Positions 7,837 through 16,778 of a stretch of DNA of 60,872 nucleotides are shown piece after piece. Numbering within the stretch: position 1 is the stretch's first letter; the number at the start of each line of letters is the position of its first letter. Below the pieces are notes generated by a model, which was not told where the DNA came from, did no database searches, and worked only from the letters and a program-made list of their open reading frames with translations. This DNA comes from Kiritimatiellia bacterium. GTDB lineage: Bacteria; Verrucomicrobiota; Kiritimatiellia; RFP12; UBA1067. Both the position numbers and the translations under genes were made by a program. The stretch lies in assembly GCA_045641645.1 (NCBI GenBank), contig JAZUHK010000030.1, positions 1-60,872 on the forward strand, read 5' to 3'.

Positions 7837-8774
7837 TGAGCAGGCGGCTGTTGGTGGGTTTCAAGGCGGGAGACCTGAGGGCGGAGATGCTTTCTGGCGA
7901 GGTCACCTGCCATACGCTCGACATCTATCACGCTCATGCAATCGAGAAGGTCTTTCCCAGGGCGCGCGTCGTCTGTACGCCCCATCTGCCCGCCGGCCCC
8001 TGGGATGAGATCGTCTTCCGCACGGGGCCGAAGGTGATGAGCGGGGAGCTTTCGCTTGACCTTCTCCAGGAGATCCATCTCCTGAAGCCCGCCGCGTTCC
8101 GGCTTGACTTCGTGGGCAAGGAGCGCGACCGCAATGACCTTCTCGACAAGGTGCGCAAAGACCCGGACCGCGTGCGCGACTTCTCGGCCGTCTGGCCAGC
8201 GAGCGTCCCCGGGGGCGAGAAACTTTTCTTTACGAGCTACCCCGGCTGCTTCTGTCATCGCCGTCTCGATGAGGGCGGTCTTGCCCTTGCAGAAGTGGTG
8301 ACGCGAGAAATGACGAATGAAGAATTTAGAATGAAGAATGGTGGAGGAGTTAGTCTCCTCGATATGGGGTGCGGTTGCGGGCTCGTCGGGCTTCTCATCG
8401 CGAAGCGCATTTCCGGGGTTCGTCTCACGCTGATCGACTCGCATACGCGGGCGGTGGAAGCGGCGCGCAAGAATGCCGCGGCTTTCGGCGTTGAGGCGAC
8501 GGTGATTCTCTCCGACGACGGCCTTCCGACTTCGCTCGCTGGTGAGGAGATGCCGCGCTTCGATGTCTTCGTGGGCAATCCTCCTTACTACAGCGACTAT
8601 CGCATCGCCGAGGTGTTCCTAACGACGGCGCAGCGCGCGCTTAAGTCGGGCGGTACCTGCTACACGGTGGTTAAGAATGAGACGGGGCTCAAGCCAGTGC
8701 AAGAGCGCTTCTTTCCGTCGGTGGAGGTGATCCGCCGTCGCGGCTATGCGGTACTCAAGTCGGTCAGGCAATAG
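7836..8774 (+). CDS. class I SAM-dependent methyltransferase, RsmC/RlmG-like
   Basis: PGCFCHRRLDEGG...LLDMGCGCGLVG (motif I) and VFVGNPPYY (motif IV, NPPY). TAATG overlap with the upstream gene. Confidence 0.75.
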   Translation: MSRRLLVGFKAGDLRAEMLSGEVTCHTLDIYHAHAIEKVFPRARVVCTPHLPAGPWDEIVFRTGPKVMSGELSLDLLQEIHLLKPAAFRLDFVGKERDRNDLLDKVRKDPDRVRDFSAVWPASVPGGEKLFFTSYPGCFCHRRLDEGGLALAEVVTREMTNEEFRMKNGGGVSLLDMGCGCGLVGLLIAKRISGVRLTLIDSHTRAVEAARKNAAAFGVEATVILSDDGLPTSLAGEEMPRFDVFVGNPPYYSDYRIAEVFLTTAQRALKSGGTCYTVVKNETGLKPVQERFFPSVEVIRRRGYAVLKSVRQ

Positions 8775-8891
8775 GCCTCTCCCTCCGCTTTCGCTCTTTC
8801 TGCCTCTTCGGATTTGCCCTGTCTGCTTATCCACAACCTATCCCCATTTTAGGGGATTTAACCCCCTATCTATGGCGGTTGAAAATATCTC

Positions 8892-8921
8892 TTGCATAGT
8901 AATTGAAAATTGTGGTATCAT
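8892..8921 (+). promoter_or_regulatory. sigma70-like promoter (TTGCAT, 18 nt spacer, TGgTATCAT)
   Basis: -35 at 8892-8897 and extended -10 at 8913-8921. GGAGAAGG SD precedes ATG 8949. Confidence 0.45.
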
Positions 8922-8948
8922 ATGCACCGTTATCTTTGGAGAAGGTTT

Positions 8949-11900
8949 ATGGCTATGCAGAAAAAAATGAAAGCAGTTACTTTCTTTGCAGTCGCGTTCG
9001 CGCTGTGCGGTGCGGCGTTGGCAAATCCCGTGGTCGTCAACTGGGTGACAGGTAATGTCGGAAACTACACCGATTTTCCGGTCGAAGATTGGACCGAGTC
9101 GCAAGCAGGCGTTGCCGAATTAGCGGGCGACGAGGACGCAAAGTACGTCACCTTCGAGTCGGATTATGACGATCCGCTCTTCTACAGGCCCTCGGGTTCG
9201 GCTTCGAAACTCGTGAGTGTCGAGTGGGCGATCCAGCTTATCGGCGGAGATATGGCGCCGACGATGGCTATCGATGGTATGGGTCCGGCGATTACGGCCA
9301 CTACCCCCGAAGATGAAAGCGACGATACTCCTGCTCAGTGGTATGGCTATGCGTTGACCAACGAGGTGGAAGCCGGCTGGGTCAAGCTTTTTGGCAACGT
9401 GCCCTCGAACGAGGTCTGGTACACGGTCAAGATCGAACAGGGGATGTTTGCCGGGGTTCGCAAGATTCGCTATTCCGTCAAGCCGGAGGGTGCGGAATCC
9501 TTTACGATCCTCAAGGATACTAACGAGAATGAGTGGTTCGTCGATCCGCGCACCAGTGGTGCTGGTCTCGCTTCGGCGAATTTCGTGGGTGCCGGTGCTT
9601 TCGGTGATTTCAAGATCGACAACACCTGGTTTGATCAGGGCGCGCTCGCGGGTACGGCTACGGCGGGCTTCGACTGGACGAACGCCACGGTCACGGTCTC
9701 CGTGGGCGATTCGTATGTGGCGGATGAATCGCCAATCATCCTTGAACTCAAGGTCTATGATGCCGCGGGTACGCAGGTGGGCACCTATGAAGCGGGTTTG
9801 ACAACGGATAGCGGCAAGGGTAAGGGCGTCTTCGATGTCGGCAATCTCACTCCGGGCGGTAACTACTCCTATGAAGTGGTGGCGAAAGTCGGGGACGAGG
9901 AGGTGGCTTCCTTTGCCCGTGACGGCAACCTAGTTTCCGCCAACAATGTGGAGTGGATTTGCGAGAATTCCACGAAAAAACTCGGCGGTGCGTTTGCCCC
10001 GATCCCCGTTTGGAACGGCGGCGTGGCCCAGCTCTCCAATGCGGTCTTTGCGGTTAATGACATTAACCAGGAAGAGGCCTCGAACCGGCTTATTCGCATT
10101 GAGAATACGCTGATGGGCTCGGAGTTGTGCGACGACCTCGGCATCTTGGAGGATTACGACCTTTCGGTCATTCAGGGCGCGATGCTGGCGTATGTTAATC
10201 CGGAGACGGAAGAGGCAAGCTGGCTGGGCGTGGTGGATGGCGAGTGGGTGACGCTTACGGGCGCGGCTCCGGCGGCGAACCAGAAGTATGTTGTCCGCGT
10301 CGATTTCGACTTCACGCTGGCGGAACCGAAGGTGCGCTACTCTGTTTCCGCAGATGACGGGGCTTCGTTCGCGACCCTTAGGTATGAGAATGCCGAGTGG
10401 CTGGCGATTGCGCCCGAGGTGGCGGCGGCGAAGACGGTCACGGCCATTGAGCTTCCGGGCAGCTGCTCCTTCTATGGCATGAAGGGCGATTATTATGACG
10501 CGGCCGTTGCCGAGGTGGGTGGTACAAAGTATTACACGCTCGATGCGGCGCTTGCCGCGGCGAAGGTTTCTGACCAGCAGGTGAAGCTCCTCACGAACCT
10601 CACCTATCTCCCGGGCGGCTTGGACGGCACGTGGACGATTGACGAGAATGGCAAGGCGTTGCAGATCCTTACGCCGGAAGACGGCTATACCTACACCTAT
10701 GCTGAAGGTGCGCTCACGGTTGAGGCCCAGGATATGTGCGTCAAGAACCTGACGAGGGGCTATCAGCACCTTAATCTCAAGGCGGCGCAGGCGCGCGCGG
10801 AGGAGGGCGACATCCTGCAGCTCCTCAAGAATGTCGGGGCGGCGGCACTGGCAATTGAGAAGTCGCTTACGTTGGACCTTAACAACTTTAGCGTCACCAA
10901 TGACGCGGTGGATACGCAGCTCTTAGTCCTCACCAATAATGTCACCTTTACGCTTGCCGGCGAGGGTGCGCTTACGGACGGAATTGACGTTTGGGCGGGC
11001 AGCAAGCTCGCGCTCTCCAATAACTTTGCCGCGGCGGCTGAGTCGGTTGCGCTGGAGCTTAAGGGCGAGTGGGCGCATGAGGCGGTGATTGCCGAGGGGG
11101 TCTCGGCAGCGCAGGCCGCGATGCTGGCGATTACGCCCGAGAAGATCGACTTCCCGACGGCTGGCAATGGTCAGGTGGAGTATCGTGAGGAAGATGGCAT
11201 GTTCGTCTGGGCGGAGATTCCGCCGTCGGCGAAGCTCGCGTTCGAGCGCACTGATGGCTATGACCTCACCAATTTGATAGTCACGGTGACGCTGAGCGAA
11301 GTGGCGGGCGATCTCAGTAAGGTGGTGATCGACCTCTATAACGAGAATGGCACGCTCGCGAAGCGCACGGCGGTTGATTATGTGGACAACACCTTGGTTT
11401 ATCCGATTGTCCTCGATGGTTATACGAAGGGCACGCGCTATACCTTCAACGCCTATGTCCTTGGCGGCGACTCCGAGGATGTTGTCGGCGGTGGCGCGGT
11501 GGCGGGTTCGTTCTATGCGGGCGCGAACGGCCAGATCTGGTTCCGTGCGAAGCCAGATGACATCCTCTACGGCGCATGGGAGGAGGAGCCGGAAGTAGGT
11601 GAGGATGGTCGCTATGTCCTCGACGGTGACGAATATGTCTTCACGCCCACGGAACAGTCGCCCTCGAATGCGTTTGTCACGGTGGATTGGCAGGTTTCCT
11701 TCGACCGCGCAGCGGATGAGGATCTTGCGCTTGATGTCGGCGGCGAAGGCGCGTTCTCGCTCTTCGCCGGGGCGGAGCCGGAGACCTGTGTCTGGAAGGG
11801 CTTGGGCAATGGCGCGTGGGTCACGCTTACGAACGCGGTTGCCGCGCAGCCGGGTGATTACCTTGTCCACGCCGATTTCGACTACACGCTGGCGGAACCG

Positions 11901-12728
11901 AAGGTGAGCTATGCGCTCATCGTGGACGGCAGGTTGTATCGCTTTGCGGATCCGGAGGGCAATGTGTGGTTCACGGTTGCTGACTCGGCGGGTCAGATTG
12001 CATCGGTGAGCGCGGTTGGCGAGGGCAAGTTGGATGTGGTCGAGGGCTTCTGGAGCATCGATGCGGTGGCGGCGATCGGCGATGAGTTCTTCGCGACGAT
12101 TGACGCGGCCGCGGCGGCGGGCAAGGACGATGAGAATAAGGTCATCAAGCTGCTCACCAATGTCACTTGGGCGCCGACGGAAAGCGGCACCTACTACTTC
12201 AACTTAAACGACTTTAGTGTTCAGGCGACGGATAATGTCACTTGGAACGCGAATGTCGCAACCGTGAGCGGCGGTGAGATGGAGATTGAGGAGATGGATG
12301 TGAAGATTAAAGTTGACACCTCGTTTATCAAGGAGCAGCTGCCGGGGCTGCCTGAGGGAGCAACGACTGAGCAGGTGGCGGAGGCCTTGAAGGCGCCGGG
12401 TGCAAACGGCTACAAGCTCTACGAGAGCTATGTCCTCGGCCTTGATCCGAAGGATGAGTTCTCGAAGCCGGTGCTGGTTGATGAGCTTTCGGCCAAGGCG
12501 GACAAGGTGGATGTCCAGGTGCTGAATGTGAGCGTCAATGCGAAGGCGGGTGTGGAGGTGAAATACTCTCTCGTTGCTGATACGGATCCCGAATTTAAGA
12601 TGGGCGTGGAATCCGAGAAGCAGGAGTCGGGTGTCTTCGAAGTTCCGCTCCCGAGCAATGACGAAACGGTGAAGTACTACAAGGTCAATTTCTACTTCTC
12701 GAACCCGGCTCCTGCTCCGGCGGATTGA
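8949..12728 (+). CDS. large secreted repeat protein (1,259 aa), unknown function
   Basis: Signal peptide MAMQKKMKAVTFFAVAFALCGAALA. A threefold internal module, for example GEWVTLTGAAPAANQKYVVRVDFDFTLAEPKVRYSV and GAWVTLTNAVAAQPGDYLVHADFDYTLAEPKVSYAL. Cap-like motifs KYYTLDAALAAAK..VKLLTNLTY and EFFATIDAAAAAGK..IKLLTNVTW. Confidence 0.75.
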   Translation: MAMQKKMKAVTFFAVAFALCGAALANPVVVNWVTGNVGNYTDFPVEDWTESQAGVAELAGDEDAKYVTFESDYDDPLFYRPSGSASKLVSVEWAIQLIGGDMAPTMAIDGMGPAITATTPEDESDDTPAQWYGYALTNEVEAGWVKLFGNVPSNEVWYTVKIEQGMFAGVRKIRYSVKPEGAESFTILKDTNENEWFVDPRTSGAGLASANFVGAGAFGDFKIDNTWFDQGALAGTATAGFDWTNATVTVSVGDSYVADESPIILELKVYDAAGTQVGTYEAGLTTDSGKGKGVFDVGNLTPGGNYSYEVVAKVGDEEVASFARDGNLVSANNVEWICENSTKKLGGAFAPIPVWNGGVAQLSNAVFAVNDINQEEASNRLIRIENTLMGSELCDDLGILEDYDLSVIQGAMLAYVNPETEEASWLGVVDGEWVTLTGAAPAANQKYVVRVDFDFTLAEPKVRYSVSADDGASFATLRYENAEWLAIAPEVAAAKTVTAIELPGSCSFYGMKGDYYDAAVAEVGGTKYYTLDAALAAAKVSDQQVKLLTNLTYLPGGLDGTWTIDENGKALQILTPEDGYTYTYAEGALTVEAQDMCVKNLTRGYQHLNLKAAQARAEEGDILQLLKNVGAAALAIEKSLTLDLNNFSVTNDAVDTQLLVLTNNVTFTLAGEGALTDGIDVWAGSKLALSNNFAAAAESVALELKGEWAHEAVIAEGVSAAQAAMLAITPEKIDFPTAGNGQVEYREEDGMFVWAEIPPSAKLAFERTDGYDLTNLIVTVTLSEVAGDLSKVVIDLYNENGTLAKRTAVDYVDNTLVYPIVLDGYTKGTRYTFNAYVLGGDSEDVVGGGAVAGSFYAGANGQIWFRAKPDDILYGAWEEEPEVGEDGRYVLDGDEYVFTPTEQSPSNAFVTVDWQVSFDRAADEDLALDVGGEGAFSLFAGAEPETCVWKGLGNGAWVTLTNAVAAQPGDYLVHADFDYTLAEPKVSYALIVDGRLYRFADPEGNVWFTVADSAGQIASVSAVGEGKLDVVEGFWSIDAVAAIGDEFFATIDAAAAAGKDDENKVIKLLTNVTWAPTESGTYYFNLNDFSVQATDNVTWNANVATVSGGEMEIEEMDVKIKVDTSFIKEQLPGLPEGATTEQVAEALKAPGANGYKLYESYVLGLDPKDEFSKPVLVDELSAKADKVDVQVLNVSVNAKAGVEVKYSLVADTDPEFKMGVESEKQESGVFEVPLPSNDETVKYYKVNFYFSNPAPAPAD

Positions 12729-12751
12729 GCACCCTGATTGGGGATAAAGCA

Positions 12752-12783
12752 AAACGGCGGGTTCCCCCCGCCGTTTGCTTTTT
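12752..12783 (+). terminator. intrinsic terminator
   Basis: Perfect 10-bp stem AAACGGCGGG / CCCGCCGTTT with a 5-nt loop, followed by GCTTTTT. It lies 24 nt after the stop codon. Confidence 0.85.
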
Positions 12784-12791
12784 GCTATAAT
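12783..12791 (+). promoter_or_regulatory. extended -10 box TGCTATAAT for rpe
   Basis: Exact TGnTATAAT immediately after the terminator. A 52-nt pyrimidine-rich leader precedes ATG 12844. Confidence 0.5.
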
Positions 12792-12843
12792 ACCCCTAAC
12801 CACCTCAATCCTCTACACTTCCACCTTCCATCTTCTCTCCCTT

Positions 12844-13515
12844 ATGATAGTTCCCAGTCACCAAATTCTCCCCTCGCTCTTGGCGGCCGACTTTGGCCGC
12901 CTGGCCGATGAAATCCGGCGGGCCGAGGCCTCGGGCGCCGATGCCCTGCATCTGGATATCATGGACCCGCACTTCGTGCCCAATATCTCCTTTGGTCCTG
13001 AGGTGGTGGCGCTGGCGAAAAAAGTGGCGCCCGGATTCTATCGGAACGTGCACCTGATGCTCTCGCGCCCCGATCTCATCATCGAGGCCTTCGCCCAGGC
13101 GGGGGCGCAGACGATTCAGCTTCATGTCGAGGCCGACTGCGATCTCCACACCGAGCTTAAGCGCGTTCGCGCGCTCGGGTTGAAGGCGGCGATCGTGCTC
13201 AACCCCGAGACGCCGGTCGAGCGGCTTGCGCCGTATCTTGGGGAAATCGACGAGGCGCTGGTGATGACGGTGCATCCGGGGTATGGCGGGCAGAAGTTTA
13301 TTGCCGAGTGTCTTCCTAAGGTGACGTGGCTTCGGGAGCGGTGCCCTGCGCTGGACATCATGATCGATGGCGGCGGCAATGCGGAGACGATTCCGCTCGC
13401 GGCGCAGGCGGGGGCGAATCAGTTTGTGGCGGGCTCCTATCTCTTCAAGCAGCCCGACATGAAGGCGGCCGTCACTGACCTCCGCAATCGCCTGGCCAAT
13501 AACTCCTTAACTTAA
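12844..13515 (+). CDS. rpe: ribulose-phosphate 3-epimerase
   Basis: PSLLAADFGRLADE...HLDIMDPHFVPNISFG...MTVHPGYGGQKF...DGG are classic Rpe motifs. Confidence 0.9.
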   Translation: MIVPSHQILPSLLAADFGRLADEIRRAEASGADALHLDIMDPHFVPNISFGPEVVALAKKVAPGFYRNVHLMLSRPDLIIEAFAQAGAQTIQLHVEADCDLHTELKRVRALGLKAAIVLNPETPVERLAPYLGEIDEALVMTVHPGYGGQKFIAECLPKVTWLRERCPALDIMIDGGGNAETIPLAAQAGANQFVAGSYLFKQPDMKAAVTDLRNRLANNSLT

Positions 13516-13620
13516 CAATCTCAAATCTCAAATTTCAAATCTCTAAAATCTCACCGTTCTCCACCTCCACCTACTTTCCACACCTTCTTCTCCACCTCCA
13601 CCTATTTTCTCCACCTTCTC
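13516..13620 (-). repeat. polypurine composite repeat, reverse orientation (two cores plus a heptamer tail)
   Basis: The reverse complement reads GAAGGTGGAGAAAATAGGTGGAGGTGGA and GAAGGTGTGGAAAGTAGGTGGAGGTGGA, followed by GAGATTT-type repeats. This is the same architecture as 47048-47117. Confidence 0.85.
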
Positions 13621-13637
13621 TATTACCCCTAACCCCT

Positions 13638-14159
13638 ATGCGTAGAATTCTCCTTGGCGTTACTGGATCGATTGCGGCCTACAAGGCCGTGGAATTGGTG
13701 CGGCTCTTCATTAAACACGGCGATCAGGTGCAGGTGGTGATGACCCCTGCGGCGACGGAGTTCGTAAGACCCCTTACCTTCCAGACCCTCTCCCGCAATC
13801 CCGTCTTCGTCGAGCAGTTCGCGCCGATTGTCTCCTGGAAGCCCGAGCATATCGCGCTTTCGGAATGTGACCTTGCGCTCGTCGCGCCGGCGACGGCGAA
13901 TACGCTCGCGAAGATGCGCTACGGCCTCGCCGACAATCTCCTCACGGCGACGCTCCTCGCGACGCGCGCGCCGATCTGGGTGGCGCCGGCGATGAATACG
14001 GGCATGTGGGAGAGCCCCGTCACGCAGGAGAACCTCGCCGCGCTTAAAGCGCGCGGGGTCACGGTTATCGAACCCGTTGATGGCGAGCTGGCCTGTGGCG
14101 TCAAGGGTAACGGACGGATGATGGATCCCGAGAAAATTTTCGCGGCGGTCAGCCGATAA
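13638..14159 (+). CDS. coaC: phosphopantothenoylcysteine decarboxylase (stand-alone CoaC flavoprotein)
   Basis: GVTGSIAAYK, PAMNTGMW and the GELACGVKGNGRM substrate clamp. Only 173 aa, with no CoaB domain fused. Confidence 0.8.
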   Translation: MRRILLGVTGSIAAYKAVELVRLFIKHGDQVQVVMTPAATEFVRPLTFQTLSRNPVFVEQFAPIVSWKPEHIALSECDLALVAPATANTLAKMRYGLADNLLTATLLATRAPIWVAPAMNTGMWESPVTQENLAALKARGVTVIEPVDGELACGVKGNGRMMDPEKIFAAVSR

Positions 14160-14174
14160 GGAATGGGGGTGGAA

Positions 14175-14864
14175 ATGAAGACGATGGTGGTGATTCCCAC
14201 TTATGACGAAAAGGACAATGTCGCGCGGATGGCGGCGGCGGTGCTGGCGACCGAGGGCGTGGAACTGCTCTTCGTGGACGACAATTCGCCCGACGGGACG
14301 GGCGCGGCCATTGAGGAGCTGATGAAGGGCGATGAGCGCATCCACTGCCTGCACCGCGAAAAGAAGGAGGGGCTCGGGCGTGCGTATGTGGCGGGTTTCG
14401 AGCGGGCGCTGGAATTGGGCGCCGAGAAGATCGTTCAGATGGACTGCGATTTCTCGCATGATCCGAAGGATCTGCCGCGGCTCATCGCCGAGGATGCGGA
14501 TCTCGTCATCGGCTCGCGGTATGTGCCCGGTGGCGCCACGCCCGGCTGGCCGTTCAAGCGGCGGCTCATCTCGCGGGCGGGCGGGCTCTTCATTCGCACG
14601 GTGACGGGGATGCCGCTTAAGGATCCGACCGGCGGGTTCAAGTGCTGGAAGGCGGAGACGCTTCACAAGATCGACTTCCAGACCGTCGGTTCCAAGGGCT
14701 ATTCGTTCCAGCTGGAGATGAACCACCGCACTTGGAAGGCGGGGTGTACGATTCGCGAAATTCCGATTGTCTTCACCGATCGCGTGGCGGGCTACTCGAA
14801 GATCACGCCCGGAATCGCCACCGAGTCGATCAAGATCGCCCTTAAGCTCCGTTTCGGCAAATGA
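14175..14864 (+). CDS. GT2 polyprenol-phosphate mannosyltransferase-like glycosyltransferase
   Basis: VVIPTYDEKDN...LFVDDNSPDGT...QMDCDFSHDP is typical of Dpm1/Ppm1-type GT2 enzymes. Confidence 0.8.
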   Translation: MKTMVVIPTYDEKDNVARMAAAVLATEGVELLFVDDNSPDGTGAAIEELMKGDERIHCLHREKKEGLGRAYVAGFERALELGAEKIVQMDCDFSHDPKDLPRLIAEDADLVIGSRYVPGGATPGWPFKRRLISRAGGLFIRTVTGMPLKDPTGGFKCWKAETLHKIDFQTVGSKGYSFQLEMNHRTWKAGCTIREIPIVFTDRVAGYSKITPGIATESIKIALKLRFGK

Positions 14865-15553
14865 CCGATGCGCATTGCCATCTGCCGGCGGGCGCGGCGC
14901 GGCACTTCCTGTGCGAGCCGTTGTCTGCGGGCGTCGAGCCGCGCGCGGACGATGGTGTTTTTTACGGTGTTCACCCCTGGTTTGCCGAAGCGCCGGAGAC
15001 GCCGACTGTGCTTGCGTCGCTCCGCGCGCGCCTCCATGCGAATCCGCGTGCGGGCGTGGGGGAGATTGGGCTCGATCGGCTGAAGACGCGGGAAATTTCG
15101 CCGCGGATGCGCGAGGTCTTCGCGGTGCAGCTGCAGGTGGCGGCGGAACTTCATCGTCCGGTGGTCTTGCACGGGGCGAAGTGCTGGGGCGAAGTGGTGA
15201 AGGCGGTGCGCGAATTCAAGGGGAGGATTCCCGCATTTCTCTTCCATGGGTTTTCGCGCTCGGCGGGACTGCTGCCCGAGATTGTCGCCCTGAACGGCTT
15301 TGTTTCCGTGGGGCCGGCCGTCCTCAATGACCATGCGGTCAACTATCGCGCCCTGGTGAAGGCGTTGCCCGCGGACCGTCTGTTTATAGAGACCGACCGC
15401 ACGGCGGCGACCGCGGCGGACGCGCCGCAGGTAGAGGAGGTGCTTGCCGCCGTCGCCGCGCTTCGCGGCGTTTCGGTCGGGGCCCTCGCCGCGCAAACCG
15501 ATGCGAACGCACAGGCGTTTATTGGTAGCTGCGGCGGTAGCGGCTCAGCGTGA
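14861..15553 (+). CDS. TatD-family metal-dependent hydrolase
   Basis: N-terminal DAHCHL, internal VVLHGAK and FIETD motifs. ATGA overlap with the upstream gene. Confidence 0.7.
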   Translation: MTDAHCHLPAGAARHFLCEPLSAGVEPRADDGVFYGVHPWFAEAPETPTVLASLRARLHANPRAGVGEIGLDRLKTREISPRMREVFAVQLQVAAELHRPVVLHGAKCWGEVVKAVREFKGRIPAFLFHGFSRSAGLLPEIVALNGFVSVGPAVLNDHAVNYRALVKALPADRLFIETDRTAATAADAPQVEEVLAAVAALRGVSVGALAAQTDANAQAFIGSCGGSGSA

Positions 15554-16646
15554 GGCCAGTCGCGCGCTTGAAAGCGTTTTTCAGGTGGTTGGAATTGAGA
15601 TACCCGCATTCGACGGCGACTTCGGAAAGCGGCTTCTTCGAGCCGGCCAAGAGCCGCTTCACCGCTTCCAAGCGGGTCTCGCGGATGACCGCGGCGATGG
15701 ATTTGCCGGTGGCGCGGCGGAAATGCAGCTCCAGGGTGGACTTCGGCAGGGAGGAATCGGCGATTACGTCCTTCGCCTTGATGCCGAAGGTGGCGTTGAG
15801 CCGAATGTACTCCAGGGCCGCGGCAATGGCATGGCTATCATAGGCGAGCCGCAGGGAGGAATGGCGGACGACCAGCGTGCGGTAGCTGTAGCTGGACGGC
15901 ACTTCGCCGAGATCGCGCCCCGCGATGAGCGCGGCGAGTTTTTCCGCCGCCAGCTGTCCGCCCCGCCGAAAGTCGGGCTCGATGCTGGAGAGCGAGGGCG
16001 AGCAGTTCTCGCAGACGAGCTCGTCATTGTCGATGCCTAAGACCGCGAGCTCTTCGGGCACGGCGATGCCGCTGGCCGCCGCCGCTTCGATGACTTGCTG
16101 ACCGATCGCGTCGGTCACCGCCAAGAGCGCGGTGGGGCGCGGCAAGCGGCGGAGCTTTTCGCCTAAACGCTGGTCGGCGGTAAGCTTGACCGCTGTCTTG
16201 CCTGTGAGTTCGGCGATGGTTCGGGAGAAGGCCTCCGCGCGCGTCCGGGCATAGTAGTTGTTCTTTTCGGGAAGGACGATGGCGAAGGATTCGCCGCGGA
16301 GCTTGGCGAGCACGCTGGCGGCGAAGCTGGCGGTCGCGGAGTTGTCGTGGTTGACGGCGGCGAGGTTATGGCGCCGAGTGGAAGGTCCGTCAAGCATCAC
16401 GGTGGCGACGCCTTTAAGAAAACGCCGCGGCAGTTTGACGGGCGGCTCGAAGCCGTCGATAATGACGCCGCGCGGGCGGCGGCTCTTGAACAGCTCCTTG
16501 ATCTCTGCTTCGCTGATGGACTTGGTGACGGGCTTGACCGTCCACTTGCGCGCGTTCGCCGCGGCGAAAATGCCGGTCAGCTTTTCGCGCCGCGCGATCT
16601 GCGAGGTGTCGATGACAGCCAGGATTTGGACAGGAGGAACAGACAT
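15519..16646 (-). CDS. XylR-type regulator (LacI-like sensor domain plus AraC HTH)
   Basis: Periplasmic-binding-fold region (LLAVTDAIGQQV...LGIDNDELVCE) followed by an AraC HTH (LSEVAVECGYLNSNHLKNAFKRATGLT). Start chosen at ATG 16646 (MSVPPVQILAV). Confidence 0.8.
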   Translation of the reverse strand: MSVPPVQILAVIDTSQIARREKLTGIFAAANARKWTVKPVTKSISEAEIKELFKSRRPRGVIIDGFEPPVKLPRRFLKGVATVMLDGPSTRRHNLAAVNHDNSATASFAASVLAKLRGESFAIVLPEKNNYYARTRAEAFSRTIAELTGKTAVKLTADQRLGEKLRRLPRPTALLAVTDAIGQQVIEAAAASGIAVPEELAVLGIDNDELVCENCSPSLSSIEPDFRRGGQLAAEKLAALIAGRDLGEVPSSYSYRTLVVRHSSLRLAYDSHAIAAALEYIRLNATFGIKAKDVIADSSLPKSTLELHFRRATGKSIAAVIRETRLEAVKRLLAGSKKPLSEVAVECGYLNSNHLKNAFKRATGLTLSRYRRSYQ

Positions 16647-16654
16647 CAAGGAGA

Positions 16655-16663
16655 AGTGTAGCA
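16655..16663 (-). promoter_or_regulatory. -10 box TGCTACACT for the regulator
   Basis: Ends 8 nt before ATG 16646. Confidence 0.4.
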
Positions 16664-16733
16664 TAAATTTTGCGGTTTGGTCAATTAGTGGGATTTTGCT
16701 TAGTCGAAAATTAGGGTCACTGGGTTGGTTTTG

Positions 16734-16742
16734 TGCTACAAT
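16734..16742 (+). promoter_or_regulatory. extended -10 box TGCTACAAT for the GH5 gene
   Basis: Lies 36 nt upstream of ATG 16779, with a GGGGGGAAG SD in between. Confidence 0.45.
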
Positions 16743-16778
16743 GCTGAGAATTAGTAAATTGAGCATGGGGGGAAGATT

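Noticed and set aside
13621-13637. TATTAC at 13621-13626 as another leaderless promoter, for coaC (ATG 13638)
   Set aside because: It lacks the TG extension, deviates from TAnAAT, and the gap is 11 nt. It does share ...ACCCCTAACC with the rpe promoter region. The evidence is too weak to annotate.
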